A stretch of DNA of 27,378 bases from Gemmatimonadales bacterium (GTDB lineage Bacteria; Gemmatimonadota; Gemmatimonadetes; Gemmatimonadales; GWC2-71-9): positions 1 to 27,378 of the forward strand of contig DATFFX010000182.1 of NCBI GenBank assembly GCA_035249825.1. The letters are read 5' to 3'. A program made the translations under genes and the position numbers. Shown piece after piece: positions 15,568 through 23,198 of this stretch (within the stretch, counting starts at the first letter, position 1; each line of letters begins with the position of its first letter). The notes under the pieces are model-generated. The model was not told the origin of the DNA and searched no databases. It saw nothing but the letters and a program-made list of their open reading frames with translations.

Positions 15568-16122
15568 TTACCGGTCGAGCCGAAAGGCGCAGAAGTAGCC
15601 CGCTGGATCGGGGAGGACCCGCCGGCCGTCCGACTCTGTCAGGGTGAGCCCTTGATCCGCCCTCCACCATCCCCAGAAGCCATTGGCAGCTACCGCCATG
15701 ATCTCGAGGTGCTGAGTCAGGCCACTGGAAGAGCCCGGTCCGAGCCTGAGGTGCTGTCCGGCCAGCACTACCCCGGGCCGGACAGGATCGCGCGACGCTA
15801 CCGCCGCGCGCCACGCTGAATCGCCCTCCGGCAGCTCGAGCCAGCCAACCAGATCGCGCACCGCACCGCCCATCGTGCGCGCCTTGGCGGACGAGTCGAG
15901 CGGGTGAAGATGGAGACGCCCTTCAGTGATCAGATCGCTGGTGGGCTGCGTCTGCACCTGAATCAGCTTGTACTCGCCGCCGAGGGCCGAGGGCGGAACA
16001 CTGATGGGGTGCTGCGCTGTTCGAGGCACAGCCGGGCTGCACCGGACCGGCTCGGGGGTCGTGGTCCCGGCTCGCCCGCACGCGACCACTGCGAGCAACG
16101 CTGGTGTGAACAGGAATCTCAT
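15568..16122 (-). CDS. Hypothetical lipoprotein (184 aa)
   Basis: MRFLFTPALLAVVAC is a lipoprotein signal starting at 16122. The upstream part of the 354-aa ORF overlaps the kinase gene and is not credible. Confidence 0.65.
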   Translation of the reverse strand: MRFLFTPALLAVVACGRAGTTTPEPVRCSPAVPRTAQHPISVPPSALGGEYKLIQVQTQPTSDLITEGRLHLHPLDSSAKARTMGGAVRDLVGWLELPEGDSAWRAAVASRDPVRPGVVLAGQHLRLGPGSSSGLTQHLEIMAVAANGFWGWWRADQGLTLTESDGRRVLPDPAGYFCAFRLDR

Positions 16123-16295
16123 GGCATCGCATGAGTTGAGCGCGAGCCGCGGCGTGGGGCGGCAAGTCAAGATCGGCCGGTCTTGTGAGTTACGTGGGAA
16201 GGACGGAACCTCCTGGCACGAACGTACGTATGAATCGTTCATGTGGCAACCGTGGGGCTGCGGAGGCTGCTGGTGTTCCGCGAAGTCCCCGACCG

Positions 16296-16304
16296 TGGTA
16301 GCCT
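16296..16304 (+). promoter_or_regulatory. Candidate extended -10 promoter for the kinase/transporter operon
   Basis: TG-G-TAGCCT (TGnTAnnnT), 29 nt upstream of the ATG at 16334. Confidence 0.35.
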
Positions 16305-16333
16305 TAGAGTGAACCCATAGCCCTGATACGCTT

Positions 16334-18007
16334 ATGACTACGCGACGCCTCCTCGGCCGCCGCCCCTCCACTCCCGGCAGAGTCACCACCGGCTCCAGAT
16401 CCGCGCAGAGCATGCCCAACGAACTGGCGTGCCAGTCCTGCCGGCGGGTCGGGATCGTCAGCGTTGTATTTGGCTCCATCTGGGCGTTCATGACAGTCAT
16501 GAACAACTTCGTTCTCCCGCTGCTCAGCGAGAGGATGGCCACACTATACCCATTCCCCGGCAATCTGCTCGGGGCGGCAGGCGTGGCAAGCTCGGCGGCG
16601 ATGGTGTACATCTCTCGCAAGATCAGCCACAAACCGCAGTTCCTGATCGACGTGGGCTCCGGCTACCTGGTGCTGCAGTGTCTCCTCATCTCGATCCTCA
16701 CGCATTGGGTGCCGGTACCGATGGTGCCACGGGTATCCTGGGTCTGCATCGCCATTCTCATCTACCCGGCCATCGTGCCCAACACTCCCAGGAAAACTCT
16801 GCTCGTGTCACTACTCGCCGCTTCGACCGAGCCGCTGGCTATGGGGCTGTCGGTGCTTCGCGGCACTGAGTTTCAGGGCGGGTGGCTGTACGTACTCTGG
16901 ATGTCGGTACCGAATTACATCTCCGCCTTCCTGGTGATGGTGCCGGTGCAGATCATCCACGGACTGGGGCAGCAGGTCAGGCGCGCGCGCGAGCTGGGCA
17001 GTTACCGGCTCGAGGAGCCACTCGGCAAGGGAGGCATGGGGGAGGTGTTTCGGGCCACCCATCAGATGCTCGCCCGTCCTGCGGCGGTGAAGCTGATCCG
17101 GCCGGAAATCCTGGGCTCGAGCTCGCCGGATGCGGCACGAGTCATCGTCGAGCGTTTCCGGCGAGAGGCAGAGGCGGCGGCATCGCTGCGCTCACCTCAC
17201 ACGATCAGTCTCTATGACTTCGGAGTCGCCAACGATGGCACCTTCTTCTTCGTCATGGAGCTGCTCGATGGCCTCGATCTGGAAACGCTGGTCGAGCGCT
17301 TCGGCCCCGTGCCGCCGGAGCGCTGCGTGTACCTGCTGAGGCAAGTATGTGAGTCCCTTCAGGAGGCACATAGCCGGGGATTGGTCCACCGTGACATCAA
17401 GCCATCGAACATTTTCACCTGCCGGCTCGGCCTGGACGTCGATTACGTCAAGGTGTTGGACTTCGGGTTGGTGAAAGCGGTCGATGACCTGGGAAGAGAA
17501 GCGACGCTGCTTACGGCTCCCGACAGCACGACCGGCACGCCGGCGTACATCGCACCGGAGGTGGTGCGAGGCGACCGGGTCGCTGATCACCGTGTCGACA
17601 TCTATACGCTGGGGTGCGTGGCCTACTGGCTCCTGACCGGAAGACTGGTGTTTCAGGCACCGAATGCCATTCAACTGATGTATCAGCATGCCAACGCCAC
17701 GCCCACTCCGCCTTCGCAACTGAGCGAGTTCGAGGTGCCACCCGAGCTGGACAACGTGATTCTCGCCTGCCTGGCCAAGTTTCCGGAAGAGCGGCCACAG
17801 CAGGCGGCTGAGTTGTCACGGCAGCTCTTGGCCGCGCTACCGGCACCGGCCTGGACCGGGGAGCTCGCCCACCGTTGGTGGGACCGCCATCATCCGGAGG
17901 CCTCGCGCCTGGAGTACACCGATTCGCACCGGATTCTGACCAAGACTATGGAAGCCGTCTGGGAACCGGTCGAAACCCCGTCTCCCCTGGCGTCGGCAGG
18001 ATCGTGA
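16334..18007 (+). CDS. Membrane-bound Hanks-type Ser/Thr protein kinase
   Basis: Several N-terminal TM helices, then LGKGGMGEVF, AAVK, HRDIKPSN, DFG, TGTPAYIAPE and DIYTLG. The exact start is uncertain. Confidence 0.95.
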   Translation: MTTRRLLGRRPSTPGRVTTGSRSAQSMPNELACQSCRRVGIVSVVFGSIWAFMTVMNNFVLPLLSERMATLYPFPGNLLGAAGVASSAAMVYISRKISHKPQFLIDVGSGYLVLQCLLISILTHWVPVPMVPRVSWVCIAILIYPAIVPNTPRKTLLVSLLAASTEPLAMGLSVLRGTEFQGGWLYVLWMSVPNYISAFLVMVPVQIIHGLGQQVRRARELGSYRLEEPLGKGGMGEVFRATHQMLARPAAVKLIRPEILGSSSPDAARVIVERFRREAEAAASLRSPHTISLYDFGVANDGTFFFVMELLDGLDLETLVERFGPVPPERCVYLLRQVCESLQEAHSRGLVHRDIKPSNIFTCRLGLDVDYVKVLDFGLVKAVDDLGREATLLTAPDSTTGTPAYIAPEVVRGDRVADHRVDIYTLGCVAYWLLTGRLVFQAPNAIQLMYQHANATPTPPSQLSEFEVPPELDNVILACLAKFPEERPQQAAELSRQLLAALPAPAWTGELAHRWWDRHHPEASRLEYTDSHRILTKTMEAVWEPVETPSPLASAGS

Positions 18008-18038
18008 GAAGCTCCCTGGAGGTGCAGGGCTCGAAACG

Positions 18039-19490
18039 ATGACGGCAGAGCTGGAGCTCGAATCCCGCACCGACAAGGCTGGACCGCTCGACCGTCTGCT
18101 CCGCCCTTTCGCCGACGTTCGCGACGGTGAGGGCGTCACGGCGACGCTTCTGGCGCTGAACGTTTTTCTGCTCCTGGCCACCTATTACTGCATCAGGCCG
18201 GTCAGGGAGGCGCTGATCCTCTCCGGCGAAGGTGGCCCGGAGCTCAAGTCTTACCTGGCGGCCGCCCAGGCAATCCTGCTGCTGGGGCTGGTCCCGGCGT
18301 ACGGTGCGCTGGCTGACCGCCTGCCCCGCCGGCGTTTATTGAACACCGTCACGGCGTTCTTCATCGTCTGTCTGGTTGTGTTCTACGGCTTGATGCAGGC
18401 GGCGGTTCCCCTCGCGGCGGTCTTCTTCCTGTGGGTGGGCATTTTCAATCTGATGATTGTGGCGCAGTTCTGGTCTTTCGCCAATGACCTGTACACCAAG
18501 GAGCAGGGTGAGCGCCTGTTTGCCATCGTCGCGGTGGGTGCGTCATTGGGCGCCGTGCTCGGTGCCAGACTGGCCGGCTCGCTCATTCCGTTCCTGGGCC
18601 TGCCGCAGCTCCTGCTGGTTGCCGCGGGCCTGCTCGCGGTGTCGGTGGCAATCAGTAACCTGGTGGACGCGCGAGAGCGGTTTCAGCACGAGGCGCATCT
18701 CCCGCTCCGGCTGACAACTGCCGAGCTGCCGGCGGCCACCGGCGAGTATCAGATCCAGACAGTGGAAGACAGCAAGAAGCTCACCGTTTCACTTCCCGGA
18801 ACTGGTCTCATGAATCGCCGGGGGACGTTCCGGCTCGTGTTCGGCAATCGCTACCTCCTGATGATCGCGCTCCTCATCATGTTCGTGAATTGGGTAAACA
18901 CGACGGGAGAATACATCCTGGGCCGCACGGTGGTGAAAGCCGCCGAAGCGGCCGTCGCGGCCGGGATGACAGGGGGGCTCACCGAATCGGAGTACATTGG
19001 AAGGTTCTATTCCGAGTTTCTGTTTGTCGTCAGCCTGGCAGCCCTCGTGCTGCAGCTGTTCGTCGTGTCCCGACTGATCAAGTACGTGGGAGTGCGGGTT
19101 GGTGTCCTGGTGCTGCCGGTTCTGGCGTTCGCCGGTTACACCGTTCTCGCATTCGTACCCGTACTCGCTCTGGTTCGCCTCGTGAAAATCGCCGAGAACG
19201 CCACCGACTATTCGATTCAGAACACCGTGCGCAACGTGCTCTTTCTCCCGACCAGCCGGGATGAAAAATACAAGGCGAAGCAGGCCATCGATTCGTTCTT
19301 CTGGCGTGCAGGTGACGTTCTGTCTGCGGGGCTCGTGTTCGTCGGTATCACGGTGATCGGGCTGGGTACCACCGGATTTGCCCGCGCCAACCTGGTGCTT
19401 ACCGCCATCTGGCTCATCCTGGCATTCGCGGTCGGGCGGGAATACGCTCGCAAGTCCAGAACACTGGAGGGCAACACACTCCCCCGGTGA
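18039..19490 (+). CDS. Npt1/Npt2 (TLC, ATP/ADP translocase-like) nucleotide transporter
   Basis: FADVRDGEG, YYCIRPVREALI, LWVGIFNLMIVAQFWSFANDLYTKEQGERLF, ENATDYSIQNT and KYKAKQAID; about 12 TM segments. Confidence 0.85.
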   Translation: MTAELELESRTDKAGPLDRLLRPFADVRDGEGVTATLLALNVFLLLATYYCIRPVREALILSGEGGPELKSYLAAAQAILLLGLVPAYGALADRLPRRRLLNTVTAFFIVCLVVFYGLMQAAVPLAAVFFLWVGIFNLMIVAQFWSFANDLYTKEQGERLFAIVAVGASLGAVLGARLAGSLIPFLGLPQLLLVAAGLLAVSVAISNLVDARERFQHEAHLPLRLTTAELPAATGEYQIQTVEDSKKLTVSLPGTGLMNRRGTFRLVFGNRYLLMIALLIMFVNWVNTTGEYILGRTVVKAAEAAVAAGMTGGLTESEYIGRFYSEFLFVVSLAALVLQLFVVSRLIKYVGVRVGVLVLPVLAFAGYTVLAFVPVLALVRLVKIAENATDYSIQNTVRNVLFLPTSRDEKYKAKQAIDSFFWRAGDVLSAGLVFVGITVIGLGTTGFARANLVLTAIWLILAFAVGREYARKSRTLEGNTLPR

Positions 19491-20632
19491 GTCGAAGACT
19501 TTTTTGGCGTGCGGTGGCGCTTACCGGCGCACTCGCCTGTGCCGGATCTCCCCAGCCACAGCCCCAGCCGGTACCGGTGCTCGCTCCTGAGAGCATCGCT
19601 ACGACCCTTTACCTGATCGGCGATGCTGGTGACCCGGATACCACTGAGGAACCGGTGCTCGAGGCACTGCGCAGAGATCTCGCATCACGCAGCTCCGAGC
19701 GGGTCGTCGTCTTCCTCGGCGACAATGCGTATCCTCGCGGGCTCCCTGCCCCCGGCCGACCCGGGAGACGCGCGGCGGAGTTGAGCCTCACCCGGCAAAT
19801 CGAGACGATTACCCAAACCGGTTCCCGCGGGTTCCTGATTCCGGGAAACCACGATTGGGCAAAACACGGGGTGGATGGCTGGGACGCGATCAGGCGCCAG
19901 GAAGCTTTCGTTGATTCGGCCGGCAAGGGAACGGTCTCGTTCGAGCCTGGCGGAGGCTGCCCTGGCCCGGTGGTGGCCGATATCGGGACCCGGTTGCGGC
20001 TCGTGTTGCTGGACTCCCAGTGGTGGCTCCATCCTGGACCCAAGCCTCGTCATCCCGAGTCCAGCTGCACCGCCGATTCCGAAGAGGAGGTCGTGGCTGC
20101 GCTCGGTGCCGCGGTCAGTGACGCCGCCGGGCGGATGGTCGTCGTAACCCAACATCACCCCCTCGTGTCTGGAGGCATCCATGGCGGGTATTTCGGCTGG
20201 CGGGATCACCTGTTTCCACTCAGGGCAATCAGCTCCTCGCTCTGGATCCCGATTCCACTGTTGGGTTCACTCTATCCAGCCGCGCGCCTTGAGGGTATTT
20301 CCAGCCAGGATATCGAATCCCGGGCGTACCAGCGCATGATCGCTGCCTTTCACCGGGGCTTCCGGCCGGCGCCGCCGGCCTTGGATGCCGCGGGACACGA
20401 GCACAACCTCCAGGTGATAGAAGGAAGCGCGGCAAGATTCCAGGTAGTGAGCGGCGCCGGCATCTATGGTCATACCAGCAGAGTGAGTTCTATCGCCGGG
20501 ACTGTGTTCGCCCGCGAAGCGAGCGGCTTCGCGCGGCTCGAGATTCCCCGAAAAGGTCCGGCGCGGCTAGGCGTGCTTGTAGTCGACAGTGAGGGAGCCA
20601 GTCGCGAGGTCTTTTCGACATGGGTAGAGTGA
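19487..20632 (+). CDS. Metallophosphoesterase lipoprotein, purple acid phosphatase type
   Basis: All five PAP motifs are present: DAG, GDNAY, GNHD, VTQH and GHEH. The N-terminus has SRRLFW (Tat-like) and lipobox ALAC. GTGA overlap with the Npt stop. Confidence 0.88.
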   Translation: MSRRLFWRAVALTGALACAGSPQPQPQPVPVLAPESIATTLYLIGDAGDPDTTEEPVLEALRRDLASRSSERVVVFLGDNAYPRGLPAPGRPGRRAAELSLTRQIETITQTGSRGFLIPGNHDWAKHGVDGWDAIRRQEAFVDSAGKGTVSFEPGGGCPGPVVADIGTRLRLVLLDSQWWLHPGPKPRHPESSCTADSEEEVVAALGAAVSDAAGRMVVVTQHHPLVSGGIHGGYFGWRDHLFPLRAISSSLWIPIPLLGSLYPAARLEGISSQDIESRAYQRMIAAFHRGFRPAPPALDAAGHEHNLQVIEGSAARFQVVSGAGIYGHTSRVSSIAGTVFAREASGFARLEIPRKGPARLGVLVVDSEGASREVFSTWVE

Positions 20633-20639
20633 GGCACAC

Positions 20640-23198
20640 ATGGGTCTGAGGACCGCGCTGTCGTTCGGGATTGCGAGTGCGGCTTTCCCGCTGGCGATAC
20701 TCGCCGCGCAGCAGCCGGACAGCACCCCTTACCGGCAGGCCCTTCAGACACCGGGCCCGCAATATGACGCGGGAGGTCTCCACCGCACCCTTCTGGGAGG
20801 GGAGTACCGGACCCTGTGGACTACTGCCGTATCGGTGCCGGTTCTCGATCTCAGCACCTTCGCCGGCGGACTCGAGCCGGTGTCGAAGGGCGGTGGACAG
20901 CAAACGAAATCACTGCTCCTCCGGGCCGAGAATGGCCGCGAATTTTTCTTCCGATCAGTGGACAAGGATCCATCCGCCACGCTGCCACCTGAGCTGCGAC
21001 CCACGGTAGCCGGTAAGGTCGTACGAGATCAGACCAGCTCGGCCTTCCCCACGGCGCCCCTGGTGGTAAACCCGCTGCTCGAGGCCGCGGGAATCCTGCA
21101 CGCCGAGTCATATCTCTATGTCCTCCCGAAAGACCCCAGCCTGGGGGAGTTTCAGGAAGAGTTCGGGGGACTCCTTGGCTTTCTCCAGGAACGGATCGGT
21201 GGAGAGAACGGACCTTCCGCTCACTGGGGCGGCGCCACGGAGATCATCGACAGCGACACGCTCATCGCGCGAATCACCCGGGCACCGGATGATCGGGTGG
21301 ACGCGCGCGCATTTCTTACCGCCCGCCTGTTCGACCTGCTGATCGGCGACTGGGACCGCCACGCGGGACAGTGGAGCTGGGCGCGATTCGGGGGCGCTAC
21401 TCCTCGGCGGTGGGTTCCCATTCCCGAGGACCGGGACCAGGCGTTCGTCAAGTACGATGGCCTGCTGCTCGCCGTAGCGCGGCAGACCGCACCCCAGCTC
21501 ACAAACTTCGGGCAGGACTATCCCTACATACCCGGCGCGACATGGAACGGTCGCGACCTGGACCGGCGGATCCTGGTGGAGCTGGAATGGCCCGAGTGGG
21601 AATCGGTAGCGGTGGGTCTCCAGGCCGCGCTCACGGACGATGTCATCGAGAACGCGGTGCGAGCCTTGCCCAGCGAGCATTACGCGTTGAAAGGCGCGGA
21701 TCTCATTCAGGCCTTGCGTACCCGGCGGGACGACCTCGTGAAAGCCGCCCGCGACTATTACGAGATGCTGGCCAGGCAGGCGGAGGTTCACGCCACCGAC
21801 AGCCAGGACCAGGCAACCCTCGTCAGGCAGTCTGATGGCGGGCTGGAGGTCTCCATTGCAAGAGCCGACGCGGACTCGAACCAGCATTACTTCAACCGGC
21901 GCTTCGACCGCCGGCTGACAAGCGAGGTCCGCGTCTTCCTCGGCGGTGGTGACGATCACGCTACCGTGAAGGGATCAGGCTCAGCTCCGTTGCTGCGCAT
22001 CCTCGGGGGGGAGGGGCAGGACCAGTTGGTGGACTCTACCCGGAACGGCAATGAGCACTTCTATGACGATCCGGACGCTCCGGAGAGGACGACAGGGTAC
22101 GCCAGCAAGGTGGATCGCCGTCCATACACCGCACCCAGAAAGAACCCGGACGCGCTCCCCCCCAGAGATTGGGGGAAGCGATGGACGGCGAACACCTGGG
22201 GATCCCTCGGCCCTGATATCGGCCTCTTGATCGGAGGCGGGCGCACGCTCACGGTCTACGGGTTCCGAAAGGATCCTTACGCGAGCCGGCACCGATTCCG
22301 GGCTGGATTCGCGACCGGTCCAAAGACGTACCGCCTGGACTATCGCGGGGATTTTCGTCGGGAGAACTCGAGAGGACACACTGAGGTCCTGGTCCGCGCA
22401 TCAGGTGTGGACGTCATCAGCTTTCATGGCTTCGGGAACACGATCTCGGCTCCAGGAAATAACGAGTTCTATCGGGTGACACAGGACGCCTTCAGCATCG
22501 AGCCTTCCTTCGTGCTCCCGATCGGTGGCCGCGCATCGTTACAGCTCGGACCGATTCTAAAGTACGCATCCACCGACCGACGACCCGGCCGCTTTCTGGC
22601 CTCCCTCGGAAGCGTGTATGGTACCGGCAGCTTCGGGCAGCTCGGCGCCGGCGTTGGGTTGCGATTCGACAGTAGAAACCATCAGCACGGCGCCACCCGA
22701 GGCATCACGCTCGAAGTGGGTGGCCAGGCGTATCCGGCGGCATGGCACGTGGACAGCACCTTTGGTCTGGTTCATGGGGAGTTCACCACCTACCTCACGC
22801 CTCCCTTGGCATTCCGGCCGACGCTCGCGTTGCGGTTCGGAGGCCGCAAGCTCTGGGGGCATTATCCGTTTTTCGAAGCCGCGTTCATCGGGGGATCGTC
22901 CACCGTGCGGCTCGGACGGGTGAATCGGTACGCCGGAGATGCCGCCGCTTATGGAAGCACCGAGCTTCGGATTCCGCTTGCCAAAGTGACCCTGGTCCTA
23001 CCCGCCGATCTTGGGGTGTTCGGACTCGCCGATGCGGGCCGCGTGTTCCTGGAAGGTGAGTCCTCCGACAAATGGCATACCGCCTTCGGCGGAGGGATCT
23101 GGCTTTCTTTCCTCAGCCGCGCCTATACCATCTCGGCCGCCATCGCAGCTGGTGAGGAGCGCACCGGGTTCTACATGCAGGCCGGCTTCGGTTTCTGA
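20640..23198 (+). CDS. Omp85/BamA-TamA family outer-membrane protein with an N-terminal atypical kinase-like domain
   Basis: Sec-like signal peptide. The C-terminal ~340 aa are amphipathic beta-strands with VRLGRVNRYAG...STELR, VFGLADAGRVF and a terminal Phe. The N-terminal region contains KGGGQQTKS, FFRSVDK, IGDWDRHAGQW and PIPEDRDQAF. Confidence 0.85.
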   Translation: MGLRTALSFGIASAAFPLAILAAQQPDSTPYRQALQTPGPQYDAGGLHRTLLGGEYRTLWTTAVSVPVLDLSTFAGGLEPVSKGGGQQTKSLLLRAENGREFFFRSVDKDPSATLPPELRPTVAGKVVRDQTSSAFPTAPLVVNPLLEAAGILHAESYLYVLPKDPSLGEFQEEFGGLLGFLQERIGGENGPSAHWGGATEIIDSDTLIARITRAPDDRVDARAFLTARLFDLLIGDWDRHAGQWSWARFGGATPRRWVPIPEDRDQAFVKYDGLLLAVARQTAPQLTNFGQDYPYIPGATWNGRDLDRRILVELEWPEWESVAVGLQAALTDDVIENAVRALPSEHYALKGADLIQALRTRRDDLVKAARDYYEMLARQAEVHATDSQDQATLVRQSDGGLEVSIARADADSNQHYFNRRFDRRLTSEVRVFLGGGDDHATVKGSGSAPLLRILGGEGQDQLVDSTRNGNEHFYDDPDAPERTTGYASKVDRRPYTAPRKNPDALPPRDWGKRWTANTWGSLGPDIGLLIGGGRTLTVYGFRKDPYASRHRFRAGFATGPKTYRLDYRGDFRRENSRGHTEVLVRASGVDVISFHGFGNTISAPGNNEFYRVTQDAFSIEPSFVLPIGGRASLQLGPILKYASTDRRPGRFLASLGSVYGTGSFGQLGAGVGLRFDSRNHQHGATRGITLEVGGQAYPAAWHVDSTFGLVHGEFTTYLTPPLAFRPTLALRFGGRKLWGHYPFFEAAFIGGSSTVRLGRVNRYAGDAAAYGSTELRIPLAKVTLVLPADLGVFGLADAGRVFLEGESSDKWHTAFGGGIWLSFLSRAYTISAAIAAGEERTGFYMQAGFGF

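Noticed and set aside
16214-16228. Sigma-54 promoter (TGGCACG)
   Set aside because: The -12 position reads TACG instead of TTGC, so the invariant GC is missing.
16230-16242. ATGAA-TCG-TTCAT palindrome as an operator
   Set aside because: 5-bp arms in a single copy cannot be told from chance without comparative data.
15557-16632. Long N-terminal extensions of the NUDIX (to 15814) and lipoprotein (to 16632) ORFs
   Set aside because: They overlap neighbouring genes; internal starts give a typical NUDIX N-terminus and a clean lipoprotein signal.
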